Below, piece after piece: positions 18,586-28,525 of a DNA stretch of 64,000 bases. Position 1 is the first letter of the stretch, and each line of letters starts with the position of its first letter. Source of the DNA: Meyerozyma guilliermondii (taxonomy: Eukaryota); NCBI GenBank assembly GCA_051546255.1, contig CP128816.1:124001-188000 (forward strand), written 5' to 3'. The position numbers and the translations under genes are program-made. The notes below the pieces were generated by a model, which worked only from the letters and a program-made list of their open reading frames with translations, did not search any database and was not told where the DNA came from.

Positions 18586-20844
18586 ATGCAACCACGCAAG
18601 TCTGCTCGTTCCAACAAGGGACAGCACTCCCAGTGGAGTCTCCAGGATGTCTTGCGCCAGGAGCAAGATGACGACGTAAATTCGGAGCCAAGAAGAAAAA
18701 AATCAAAGGTGGAGTCGGATCTGGACGATGTCTACGACGATGCGGGAGAAGTGGCTAATGCCAGCTCAGAAAATGACGACGATGATGACGACGACAACAA
18801 CAACGACAAAAATGAAGAAGATGGCGAAGTCAGATGTACGCCTTGTGGTGCCAATAAAGACAATTATGACGAGGAAACCGACGAGGGAGGAACCATGATT
18901 GAGTGTGACAAGTGTCATACGTGGCAACATGCAAAGTGCATGGGGTACCGTAATGAGCGCAGTATACCCAAGAAGTACATGTGCAATTTGTGCCAGGAAT
19001 CAAAGAGTGAAACGAAGAAAAAACCAGAAAAGGAGCAAACAACTCCTGGATATTCGTTCACGCTTCGTGACAAGACGAGAATCAGCGTGGCAAAGGCTTT
19101 TTTTGGAGTGTTTCACAAGAACATTCCTCCGGCGTCGCTTCCGGACGGCATCGATGCAGTTATGATGGCCACGAAATGGGCCCAGGAACTCGAAGCGGAG
19201 GTTTTCAAGGTGTTTCCGCTGAAGGACAAGCATTACACCGACAAGAGCAGGGGGTTGATGGTGCTTATCAAGAAAGAGAATGTAATGCGGCGGATTTCCA
19301 CTGGTGAGCTTTCATTCTATGATCTTGTCAATTCCTCTCCCGAGGAAATCGACGAGGATTTAAAGGTTTACGCAGAAAAAGTGAGACAGGAGTCGATCCG
19401 CAGGTCCGTGTTGACGGTGGACGAGGGTCTGCAACGAATTAGGCGAACCCACAAGGGAGAAGAGATAGTAGAGGATGCCAATCGTCAGCTGGAAGAAGCT
19501 GACGTTAATGTGGTTCCCAGAAACATCGACCATCGTAGGATCAAGGAGGACTCACCGCCTCGTGAAATCATCACCAATTCCGAATCTCAAACCTATTACC
19601 ATAATGAAGAAGACGACGATGACGACGAACAAGCGGAGGCAGACGGTGAGGAAAGCAACAAGGACGACGTAAATGAAGACAGTTCTGATCTGGATGACGA
19701 TGAACTCGACATGATTCTTAAAGACAAGAAAGATGAAAACAAGGAAGAGGTGGAGGTGCGCCAACAGCCAGCCAAACCCGCCCCAGTTCCCGCTAAAAAG
19801 CCTCTGTTTGAAAAGGAATCCGCCGAGGTGTGGAAGGGAGAGATTGTATTCCCAGATTTTGCTTCTTTTTCTGCCGTTGCTGAGCTCAAGTCTTGTACCA
19901 ACTATGTCGAACCAAGCGACTCTCAAACCGCACGCAATTTCAGTCGTTTTATCAAGGTGGGAAAGGAGCTTCTTTCACGCAAGAAACATGAGGTGGAGGG
20001 CCGTTTGGACAAAAATCGTGCTGACGATTATCTCAACAAGGTTGTATCTTCGCGAGATTTTTACTTGATTGAAATCAAACCAACGGCGAACCACCCTGAT
20101 TATGATAAGCTTTATGGGTACCTCTTGGATCGAGAAAAGGTGGGAGTGTTGTCCGGGAAACCTTCTTTTGCTAAAGACTCCTATTTGATAACCCTTGAAA
20201 AATCTCGCCCATTGCCTCCATACTTGAGCACTTTGAAAGGATTTGAGCAACTGACAGGTTTATTTGCCTTATATGTGGTTAGGAAAGGCTACGTTCCTGC
20301 AGCACCTAGCATTCTCAAGAATCGGTCTTCCTACAACGTTCCTGCTCCAATACCTCCAACCAATTCAAATCACCATTCCAAACCAATGCTTCCTCAACCA
20401 CCAGCCATGGCCGCCAAGCCCAAGACTCCTCTTTTGGACTCAATCTTGAGCACTTTAGGCGGAGCACAGGCAAACCCGGTGCCAAAACCTCAACCAATAC
20501 CTCAGCAGAACCATCAGTTTCAACAGCCTCATTTCCAGCACCAACCCAGCGGTGCTTATAACAGAGTGCCAAGTCTTCCAGGCAAACCAAACCTTCCTAG
20601 CAAACCAACATTTGGTTCTAATGCGTCCAACGCCCCCAACTATAACAAACAACACCAAACCAGCGACTTGAACCTTTCTGGAGATCAGATGAGATACCTC
20701 CAGGAACTCGTGAAAAATAACCCCCAGCAGGCCAGACACGAACCACAAGCACTTGTAGGCATGGCCGCAAATTCTGGTGCAAGTTTTGGTGGCTCTGGAC
20801 TCCCTGCTGGTGACGACGATGACGAATTTCCAACCTATAATTAG
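18586..20844 (+). CDS. BYE1: Transcription factor Bye1 (PHD, TFIIS-central, SPOC)
   Basis: PHD VRCTPC...MIECDKCHTWQHAKC...YMCNLC; RIRRTHKGEE; SPOC WKGEIVFPDF. Confidence 0.92.
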   Translation: MQPRKSARSNKGQHSQWSLQDVLRQEQDDDVNSEPRRKKSKVESDLDDVYDDAGEVANASSENDDDDDDDNNNDKNEEDGEVRCTPCGANKDNYDEETDEGGTMIECDKCHTWQHAKCMGYRNERSIPKKYMCNLCQESKSETKKKPEKEQTTPGYSFTLRDKTRISVAKAFFGVFHKNIPPASLPDGIDAVMMATKWAQELEAEVFKVFPLKDKHYTDKSRGLMVLIKKENVMRRISTGELSFYDLVNSSPEEIDEDLKVYAEKVRQESIRRSVLTVDEGLQRIRRTHKGEEIVEDANRQLEEADVNVVPRNIDHRRIKEDSPPREIITNSESQTYYHNEEDDDDDEQAEADGEESNKDDVNEDSSDLDDDELDMILKDKKDENKEEVEVRQQPAKPAPVPAKKPLFEKESAEVWKGEIVFPDFASFSAVAELKSCTNYVEPSDSQTARNFSRFIKVGKELLSRKKHEVEGRLDKNRADDYLNKVVSSRDFYLIEIKPTANHPDYDKLYGYLLDREKVGVLSGKPSFAKDSYLITLEKSRPLPPYLSTLKGFEQLTGLFALYVVRKGYVPAAPSILKNRSSYNVPAPIPPTNSNHHSKPMLPQPPAMAAKPKTPLLDSILSTLGGAQANPVPKPQPIPQQNHQFQQPHFQHQPSGAYNRVPSLPGKPNLPSKPTFGSNASNAPNYNKQHQTSDLNLSGDQMRYLQELVKNNPQQARHEPQALVGMAANSGASFGGSGLPAGDDDDEFPTYN

Positions 20845-21157
20845 TGTACTATATAGCGCAGCGAAGCTGTTGTATTATACGATCTCGAATCGTCATTGGC
20901 TTCAAGTTGGTGCAGTTGCTACGGTTGTTACAAGCTAGCACAGTTGTTACAATTGCTAGCTTTGCTATTACTACTAATTTCATATGTCAATTGCTTATGT
21001 TTTCCATTACCCGTAGACACCATAATTTTCATCTTTCGCAGCGCGAGCTTATTCTTAGATTACAACTATCTTCGCTTAATATCACAACAAAAAACTTCCA
21101 AGCCATTCGACGTGGTTCCCAGGCTCAAACTGTCCCCTAGTTTCTTGTGTGTGGTTT

Positions 21158-23674
21158 ATGACCGTTCCTCGGAGCCGATCGTCGTGGAATCAACTTCCTC
21201 CAGAATCAGTAGACGAAGACGATACCAACTCGAGTCTTGTTTTTGGCAACGATCAGGTGGAGGAGACACAGAAGGACGACAAAAGTAAAGAAAATGGCTC
21301 TTTTTCGCTTCAGAACTCGCAATCTCCATCCAAACTCGGCCTGTCTTTGCACTACGACGATACTCAAATCATCCGAAATGACAACCAGAGCTCTCCTTTG
21401 ACTTTCAAACACCCTGATACGCTTGATATAAGCTCACCCAAGACTGATACACAGTATCAAGTACCAAATTACAATAACGGTGCAGAAAACACTCAAAAAG
21501 ATTTGACCCAGAAACTGCAATTGAATGACGATACACAAGTGGTTGTTCCAAATGACTCCCAAAAGAGAAGGATGGGAGACACTCAATTGGACAGAGACAA
21601 TTCACCACAAGCTTCTCAAGCATATCAATCCTGGAACGATACTCAAAGAATAGGACGAATATCTTCAGGGGACACTCAAAGAGTACCCCGAATACCTTCA
21701 GAAGACACTCAAAAAATACCACGAATACTATCCGAAGACACTCAAAGAATACCACGATTTCCATTAGAGGACACTCAAAAAATACCAAGACTTCCTCCAG
21801 ATGATACTCAGAGAATACAAATACCTTCAGACCTGCCCCGGCACGAGACACAGGTACTTCAGACGCTGCCTGAGAACCACGATACTCAAGTAATTCGGCC
21901 TTTTCTGCCGGAATATAGTGGCACTCAGCCTCCAACGCTGCCATCAGTGACTCTCACAGACACCCTGAAAGCTGGTCTCGAAGATTTTCAAAATACATTG
22001 GCAACTTCCTCGCCAAGAATTGACGATATACACCAGTCTCGGACTCAAGTCATCAACACACAAGAAGTAGTTGAAGAGCGCAACCTTGCGGGAAATACAA
22101 GTACAAAACCAGTGGTTTCCAGTAGCCAGCGAAGCCAGCCAGATAAAGAGGAGATCCAGTCTGAAGACGAGGACTGGACCTATGTTCATGTTGACGATAC
22201 TTTGGAACTAAACAGGCTAAAACGACATGAACATCTGGTGGAACCTCGCAAGCGAATGAAAAACGACGCCAACATTTCTCATGAAACAATTCCATCTTCG
22301 CCAACGGTTCCCAGTCGTTCTGCCGGGCGTCATCTACGGAAAATGGCATTGACCGATACACAATCTGTGGATGGTAGAGACACCGAAACTCAAAAAGATT
22401 CCAGTATTTTACGCAGTGAAGCTCTGAACACAATTACCCAGTCTCAAATTGTCAGCAGGAACAGTGTGTGGGCCGCCTACGATTTCCGCATGTATATTGG
22501 CCTAGTTGTGGAAAGTGGTCCACTTGACCTGTCGGTGAAGTTTGAGGACGATATTTACAAGATAAAGAATAGCGAGTTGCACTTGCTTGATGTTCGCATT
22601 GGTGACAAGCTTCGAGTGCGCACGTCACCCAACGAATATATAGTCTGTGGTCTTGTTCGAAAACCAGACTTTGATGGAATCTGTTGCATAAGAGGCTTCA
22701 ATCACGTACTTTTGAAGAAAGTGTCAAAGAAGGGAGCTAAAGAACTTTTGGTGGAACTAGAGCAGTGCTCCATGGAGTTACCCGAGTGGATCCAGCACCA
22801 ACAAAAATTTGGATTGGTATCTGAGTCGTCGGTTCAAACCACTCCAAGACGGAGAACGAGAGAAGAAATGTCATTAGCGTCCAAAAGAGAACATATTTCC
22901 TTATCTAACCAGCCTCTGAAACGCACGTCTGACTTGTTTCGAGGATGTCTATTTTGCTTGACAAATATCGGCAAAGGAATCTCCGCCCAGCGACGGTTGC
23001 AAATCAGAAGTCTAGTAGAAACCAACGGCGGGGTGCTTTTGGAAGACGGTTTTGAAACGATCTTTTCTTATGCAAAAGACGAAAATGGACATCGTCTAAC
23101 TTCTAGTCAACTCGACGAATACTATTTTGCAGCTGTTGTATCGAATAGTTACGGCAGAAGCGCCAAATATTTACAGGCGCTTTCGCTTGGATGGCCGATT
23201 GTGTCGGACTCATTCATTTTTGACTGTGCCAAAGGCGCCATTCTGATCAGTAATTGGCCGGTATACCTTCTTCCTGCGGGCCAGTCGAAGAAAACCAACT
23301 CGGTCAAGAGTATCGATATTTATCGGTTTCGCAACAAGTATGAACGGGGCCTAAAATTGGTTCACCAGCTTGACAATAACGGACACTTGTTGACGGGATA
23401 CCACATTCTCTTTATCGACAACAAAACTAACAACAAGAATTGGGACACTTGTGAGTTCATATTCCATGCATTTGGCGCCAAATCTCTACGGTATGTCAAG
23501 TCCAAGTCTGACCTCGAAAACCACTTGGATTCAACCCAAAGTCGCTATTTGATCTACGACAACAGTGGCACGTTCAAGGTGCAACATGAGGGCATATACG
23601 GCATTATTGACTGGGAATGGGTGGTGCAATGTGTGATCAGTGGATTTACATGGGAGCCCAAAAGTTTCAAATAG
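21158..23674 (+). CDS. RAD9: DNA-damage checkpoint adaptor (SQ/TQ cluster, tandem Tudor, tandem BRCT)
   Basis: Many DTQ/SQ motifs; Tudor NSVWAAY...LDVRIGD; BRCT LFRGCLFCLT, RSAKYLQALSLGWP, WEWVVQC; first ATG at 21158. Confidence 0.9.
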   Translation: MTVPRSRSSWNQLPPESVDEDDTNSSLVFGNDQVEETQKDDKSKENGSFSLQNSQSPSKLGLSLHYDDTQIIRNDNQSSPLTFKHPDTLDISSPKTDTQYQVPNYNNGAENTQKDLTQKLQLNDDTQVVVPNDSQKRRMGDTQLDRDNSPQASQAYQSWNDTQRIGRISSGDTQRVPRIPSEDTQKIPRILSEDTQRIPRFPLEDTQKIPRLPPDDTQRIQIPSDLPRHETQVLQTLPENHDTQVIRPFLPEYSGTQPPTLPSVTLTDTLKAGLEDFQNTLATSSPRIDDIHQSRTQVINTQEVVEERNLAGNTSTKPVVSSSQRSQPDKEEIQSEDEDWTYVHVDDTLELNRLKRHEHLVEPRKRMKNDANISHETIPSSPTVPSRSAGRHLRKMALTDTQSVDGRDTETQKDSSILRSEALNTITQSQIVSRNSVWAAYDFRMYIGLVVESGPLDLSVKFEDDIYKIKNSELHLLDVRIGDKLRVRTSPNEYIVCGLVRKPDFDGICCIRGFNHVLLKKVSKKGAKELLVELEQCSMELPEWIQHQQKFGLVSESSVQTTPRRRTREEMSLASKREHISLSNQPLKRTSDLFRGCLFCLTNIGKGISAQRRLQIRSLVETNGGVLLEDGFETIFSYAKDENGHRLTSSQLDEYYFAAVVSNSYGRSAKYLQALSLGWPIVSDSFIFDCAKGAILISNWPVYLLPAGQSKKTNSVKSIDIYRFRNKYERGLKLVHQLDNNGHLLTGYHILFIDNKTNNKNWDTCEFIFHAFGAKSLRYVKSKSDLENHLDSTQSRYLIYDNSGTFKVQHEGIYGIIDWEWVVQCVISGFTWEPKSFK
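21638..21830 (+). repeat. 33-bp coding tandem repeat (about 6 x DTQ[RK][IV]xRxxxx) in RAD9
   Basis: GA(C/T)ACTCA(A/G) recurs every 33 nt from 21638. Confidence 0.9.
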
Positions 23675-23696
23675 ATGTCTATTCTTTCATTAATCA

Positions 23697-25193
23697 TTAT
23701 AATAATACACTTTTAAATCTAGCCATCATTTCAGAAACCACCGCCTTTACCAACGGGAAACCATTGTCGCTTTTGACCGCATCTCCATTCTCTTCAAGAC
23801 GTCTCAACAAGTAGTGCTTGGTTTCAAGTGGAGGTCCCCAAGGAACGTATTTGATGACATTGTCTATCTTGTATTCCTTGATGAGGTTGTAGGTAATGTT
23901 ATCAGCCATTCCCATCAACTGGCCCAAAACAATGTTGCTCTTGTTGCTGTTGGATGCGTATACTGGTTCGGCCAATTTTCTCGTGGTCAAAGAAAGTGAC
24001 TCGGCATTGTGAGAGGCCACCACCAAGTGTCCAATGACGGAGGTGTTGCCCTGGTGGGCCAAGATGGACTCCAAGCAGTAGGTGATACCTTGGTTGTAGT
24101 TTTTATCAGTGTCTTCCTTGGTTTTGTGGATAACAGAACGGTCCTTTTCAGAGTGAATGTATGCTCCACGAACGAGCTTAAGCCCCAACCGGTAGCCATG
24201 TTCAGCCGCCAAACGCTCCTCCATCGCCAAGAGGTCAGAAGAACCTGCCAAGTACATTTGTAAAGTTCCCACAACGCTGACGGGTTTGTTCTTTGGGTTA
24301 AACTTGGCATAGAGTCTTCGTTGAAGTTCGTAGACACCTTCTTGCAAGTCGTGCTTCTCAGCGTCAATGACACCCACTACCAAGGGAGCAGTTCTGTTGG
24401 GGTATTTAAGGGCAAACTTGGAGTTTGCGTCGTAGATTTCCTGGCAAATGGACGAAGCTCTTTCCACCAATTCGTCAAACATAGCAGCATACTTTGGGTT
24501 GGCATTGTAGTAGCGCAAAACGTTGGCTGCGTCGTGAGAAAAACCGGTGGGTTTCAAGGCTACGTAGCCGGGAGGAATCGAGTTGATATCCTTACCGCTG
24601 GTATTGATGATACTCTCGGTGTGAGGAATGAGAATATCACGCACAGATTGACGGGTTTGGCTCACAATGCTGTCTGGATCAACTTTATCGTTGCCGTCGC
24701 ATGCCTCAATGGTTAATGAGAGCATCATGTTGTGAATTCCCCTGTCGCTGAGCCGGGCTCCGGTTTTTCTCACCTGGTCAAAAGTCTCGCCACCACAGTA
24801 AATCTTGTAAACCAAAGCCTTGATGACCGGAATAGGCACGTAGGGGAACACCTTGATGCAAAGATTGAGTATGGTCTTGTTGACGGTACAAAGGCCCATA
24901 ATAAGGTACGAGAGCAACTCCGAAGCAGAGTAGGCTTTGAGGTGGGCACTAGAAAATTCGGTGCTAGAAATGTCCTGAGGAGCTGCCACCGACTCAGGAA
25001 TATGCTGGGTAGTCACCTGTGGTATTTGTGACCGAACATCACCAATAATCTTTTTTTGGGAAGAGTCGTGAAAGTTTTGAAAGTGACCTGGAACCTTAGA
25101 TAAGGCCAAACAGGGTCTGGTGGTTAAAGCTAATAATGCTGGTCGATGCCGCAAGGTTGTAGAAAAACGTGCGGTACGAATTATTGTTGACAT
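23697..25193 (-). CDS. PUT1: Proline dehydrogenase, mitochondrial
   Basis: YCGGET, ALKPTG, IDAEK, GLKLVRGAY, VVASHN, GQLMGMAD, KYVPWGP...YLLRRLEEN; basic presequence. Confidence 0.95.
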   Translation of the reverse strand: MSTIIRTARFSTTLRHRPALLALTTRPCLALSKVPGHFQNFHDSSQKKIIGDVRSQIPQVTTQHIPESVAAPQDISSTEFSSAHLKAYSASELLSYLIMGLCTVNKTILNLCIKVFPYVPIPVIKALVYKIYCGGETFDQVRKTGARLSDRGIHNMMLSLTIEACDGNDKVDPDSIVSQTRQSVRDILIPHTESIINTSGKDINSIPPGYVALKPTGFSHDAANVLRYYNANPKYAAMFDELVERASSICQEIYDANSKFALKYPNRTAPLVVGVIDAEKHDLQEGVYELQRRLYAKFNPKNKPVSVVGTLQMYLAGSSDLLAMEERLAAEHGYRLGLKLVRGAYIHSEKDRSVIHKTKEDTDKNYNQGITYCLESILAHQGNTSVIGHLVVASHNAESLSLTTRKLAEPVYASNSNKSNIVLGQLMGMADNITYNLIKEYKIDNVIKYVPWGPPLETKHYLLRRLEENGDAVKSDNGFPLVKAVVSEMMARFKSVLL

Positions 25194-25420
25194 GCGGGAA
25201 TGTTAAAGAAAAAAAACAACCGGCAGATGCTGGAGTATTTAAGTGGGTGATAGTCGCTTGTGGTTACCTCACTGAGCCGTTTGCAACCCATGACCTGCGG
25301 AAGACGCACGGAAATTGTCAGCGAGCACACACACAGGACAGGCGTGAAAGGCAGGCGCGGGCGAGCAGTGCAATGGAAACCCATCCATTTTGGTGCGGCG
25401 AGGTGTGCAGGAAATAACAT

Positions 25421-25448
25421 TGATTGGGCACGTGACCGCGCACGTGAG
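25421..25448. promoter_or_regulatory. CCAAT box and two CACGTG E-boxes in the PUT1/SLS1 divergent promoter
   Basis: TGATTGG 25421-25427; CACGTGAC 25429-25436; CACGTGAG 25441-25448 (Cbf1/Tye7-type). Confidence 0.5.
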
Positions 25449-25483
25449 TCGATGACTTTGGTGCGCCGATTTCTTTCATCTCT

Positions 25484-27790
25484 ATGTTTCGGCCGCGGTT
25501 TCGGGCCGTTCGTTGGTACTCGCTGCGCCGAATTCCGTCCGTGGTGCATCCCGAGCTCCAGAGCAACCACGCACCAGAACGGATTCTCATTTTAGATCCT
25601 GCGGAAACCGCTGATAAACGGTTTCGACAAGTTGTACGAGATATAGGTTCATTTCGACCGGAAATTACTCCGGATCTGGTTGCTCTCGCTTCACTAGACC
25701 TTCTCCAGGATGCTCAGCTGGACGGCCGCGGTGCACTGGATGGCGTGGATCACACTGGAATTTCGATAGAACAACAAAAACCTGCGGTATCATTCTTGAC
25801 CGCTCAACAGCATAAAGAGTTATGTGACACTTTAACTCGTTCTTATACAAAGACACAGCTCCAGCATTTTCTCGTGGCCCGCCTAGGGACCAGTAGAGGG
25901 CTTCAAAGACGGACAAAGATCCAATTGGCCCAACTTATATTGGAAAAAGCATGGAATATCACTACCGGAGAACCGGCCGATTTGAACCATCTTGTACGTA
26001 CTAAGAGTGTGGAATTGTCGCCTCTGGATAGGTTTTTGTTGGTGCTGAAGAGCGCGACTTTGTTAAGGCATGTAGCGAGGGCTGGAGCCAAAATCGAGTT
26101 GGGGTCTAAAAACCTCGTTTTCACGGGAACAGATTTCCAAGTTAAGGACGCTGAAAATTTGTTGCGGCTGGTTTTGGATCGTTGTTATCGAACCACTGTT
26201 GACTTGCTGGCGATTAAACTGATGTTTGACGAGAGAAACCATGATTTTGCAGCCGCTGTGGCTGCCGTGAGTCAATCTTTGGGAGTGTTTTTTAAGCCAA
26301 ATGCTCAGGAAGGTGTATTTGACTTTGCCGCTTTCGATTCCAGTCAGATCCAGCGGTCTCAAAGAATGCTCATGTCTATGCTTGTGTCGAAGCGCAATGA
26401 ACTGAAATATTTGCCCAATTTTCAATCCAAAGATTTCAGTTTGGTGCCATTTGCAGACGACGAGTCTCTTCCTTGGCACTCAAGAAAGCCGTTTTATGTT
26501 GCTCGGATAACGCAACCTCGTGGTTTTATACAAGAGGCACTCGCCAAGCTAGATGTGGATGAGAAAACCACTCCTTCATTTGACTATGAGAAGCAGTTGT
26601 ACGACGCAAAGTCGTTACCTCCCCAACGAGACCTTGAAGAAGAGAGCTGGAATTTGTTGCGGGACTTGGGGATAGTGGAGAAGGGGAAGGAGAAAGAGGA
26701 AGGAGAAGAAGTTTCTGAAGAAAAAGAAGTTACTGAAGTGAAAGAAGTTTCTGGAGTGCAAGAAGTTTCTGAAATCGTGAGTGAACCAAAAGATGTCTCA
26801 GACGTTTCTGAAGCAAAGAAAGACTCAGATAGAGAGAGTCCGGACTCTTTTTCCACTAAAACCAGCACTGCAAATTTCACAAGGTTGCGAGATTTTGCTT
26901 CAGAAATCACCAACAACCACTACGACTTCCTAACCTCATTCAAATCCACCAGCCTACCCTCCTCAACCATGTTCACCGTGGGTCTTGGAAATATCTTGTT
27001 TCCTGCTCCAAAAAGTTCCACAATTATTCCAAAATTTGGAGACAATCTTTCAGAGGTCTCAAGGTTCAGTACCAATGCTGCTACACTCATCAAGAAGCTT
27101 GTCCAGCTTCCTTTTTACGAAAAGCCAGACGCCAGTCTTTCCAGTCAAGCCATGGTCCACGATCCTCATACATATGTTGCACAAATACGGTTTGTTCCGT
27201 CTCCATTTGACCATGTCGATCACGAAGAATTTCCGCCTGTGGAAATCTGGGTTGAGCTCAATGACCGTTCCAAGGCAGATGTGGACACCCTCAGCATGGT
27301 TAGCGTGGAAGGAGAAAATGAGTGCTTGGTGGGACTACCACAAGAAATCTTGGACATGAAGGTGAGCTGCCAGAAAACCGGAGACTTGTTGAAGGTTGAA
27401 AGTGAAAGTCCTCACCACGAAAAAAATAGCATTTATGACCTTCTCCAAGAAACCGCACCTCGCTACAGCAGGTTTGATTCTCAACCTGGGCTATCAGAGT
27501 TTTTGGACAATTCTCGGTTGGACTTTGGTGGGTCGCAACGGCCTTCTATATGTCCTTTCATCGACATAAATTTTGGCGAAAAAAAGTTAAGATACCTTTA
27601 CGTGAATGTCAATTATAGGAAACAGCTTGAGTTCCGTTATGGTGACCGGCTCATACAAATGAGTACAGTTGAAGGAGGAAGCATGGGAGGAAGAACCACC
27701 GAAGTGACATTTGTGGGAGAAAACGAAGACAAGCAGGAACTACAGGAGTTGTTAATTGACAGCCGGTTGTTTTTGGAGGAATGTATATAG
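25484..27790 (+). CDS. SLS1: Mitochondrial inner-membrane transcription/translation coupling factor
   Basis: Arg-rich presequence; SYTKTQL...LILEKAWNI; FVPSPF...FPPVEIWVEL; GGSMGGR motifs. The neighbour PUT1 is also near SLS1 in S. cerevisiae. Confidence 0.75.
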   Translation: MFRPRFRAVRWYSLRRIPSVVHPELQSNHAPERILILDPAETADKRFRQVVRDIGSFRPEITPDLVALASLDLLQDAQLDGRGALDGVDHTGISIEQQKPAVSFLTAQQHKELCDTLTRSYTKTQLQHFLVARLGTSRGLQRRTKIQLAQLILEKAWNITTGEPADLNHLVRTKSVELSPLDRFLLVLKSATLLRHVARAGAKIELGSKNLVFTGTDFQVKDAENLLRLVLDRCYRTTVDLLAIKLMFDERNHDFAAAVAAVSQSLGVFFKPNAQEGVFDFAAFDSSQIQRSQRMLMSMLVSKRNELKYLPNFQSKDFSLVPFADDESLPWHSRKPFYVARITQPRGFIQEALAKLDVDEKTTPSFDYEKQLYDAKSLPPQRDLEEESWNLLRDLGIVEKGKEKEEGEEVSEEKEVTEVKEVSGVQEVSEIVSEPKDVSDVSEAKKDSDRESPDSFSTKTSTANFTRLRDFASEITNNHYDFLTSFKSTSLPSSTMFTVGLGNILFPAPKSSTIIPKFGDNLSEVSRFSTNAATLIKKLVQLPFYEKPDASLSSQAMVHDPHTYVAQIRFVPSPFDHVDHEEFPPVEIWVELNDRSKADVDTLSMVSVEGENECLVGLPQEILDMKVSCQKTGDLLKVESESPHHEKNSIYDLLQETAPRYSRFDSQPGLSEFLDNSRLDFGGSQRPSICPFIDINFGEKKLRYLYVNVNYRKQLEFRYGDRLIQMSTVEGGSMGGRTTEVTFVGENEDKQELQELLIDSRLFLEECI

Positions 27791-28061
27791 AGCATGAAAG
27801 TGGGTCCATTTCGATTTTCTGTCTTTAGTTCTGATTATTTTCTACTCTCACTATTTCTGTTCTTCTCACTATTTTCAGCTCTTCCAACTTTTCAATTGAC
27901 CACTTCAATATTCCACTTCCCGTCACTTTTGGCAATTGAGTTCTGGATCACATACTTCACAAATGAATCTTTTTCAACAATTATCAATTCTCTTTATTCT
28001 CTTCTCTTATTTTCATCTCTTCTCTCCATCTCTCTACACCCCTTACAAATACATTTATTCT

Positions 28062-28322
28062 CTACTTTCTCTCTTCCAATGCACGCACATGCTTCTCCAA
28101 GCCCGCAATAGACTCTCTCAACGCAATCACATCAGCAACAACAACTTGGTTAGCGTTGGTGAATTGGTCGAGCAAGTAGTAATAAGCGCCAAAACCGGTG
28201 GTGGAAACTCCTAAAAGAAAACCCAAGAATCCCCCACGGAAAGAGCCGACTTTTCTGGGTCCAACCGTGGTGGCATAATGACGGGCTTGTGTTCTGGAAC
28301 CTCTAGCCAATGTGGAGAACAT
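28062..28322 (-). CDS. Small conserved single-pass mitochondrial protein (86 aa)
   Basis: Presequence MFSTLARGSR, RKVGSFRGGFLGFLLG TM segment, C-terminal coiled coil; ATG at 28322. Confidence 0.8.
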   Translation of the reverse strand: MFSTLARGSRTQARHYATTVGPRKVGSFRGGFLGFLLGVSTTGFGAYYYLLDQFTNANQVVVADVIALRESIAGLEKHVRALEERK

Positions 28323-28370
28323 GGTGAAGATGAAATTTCGCGGCACGAATATCGATTGGCCGCGGTAAGA

Positions 28371-28450
28371 GTGCGAGTGCGAAGTCGAACGGTGCGAATT
28401 GGTGCGAATTTACATTTTTATCGCGAATCGGTGCGAATTGACTGCGAAAC
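28371..28450 (+). repeat. Cluster of (G)GTGCGAA(TT) motifs in a divergent promoter
   Basis: GGTGCGAATT three times plus GTGCGA, GTGCGAA, TCGCGAA and CTGCGAA variants within 80 bp. Confidence 0.75.
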
Positions 28451-28525
28451 ATCTAGCAACAGCGAGCAAATCGTAACAAATCGTAGCACTTTGGGTACTA
28501 GGGTGTTCCACAGACCTTATAGACC

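Noticed and set aside
25194..25483. Put3 site (CGG-N10-CCG) expected upstream of PUT1
   Set aside because: Several CGG triplets are present, but I found none with the canonical spacing.
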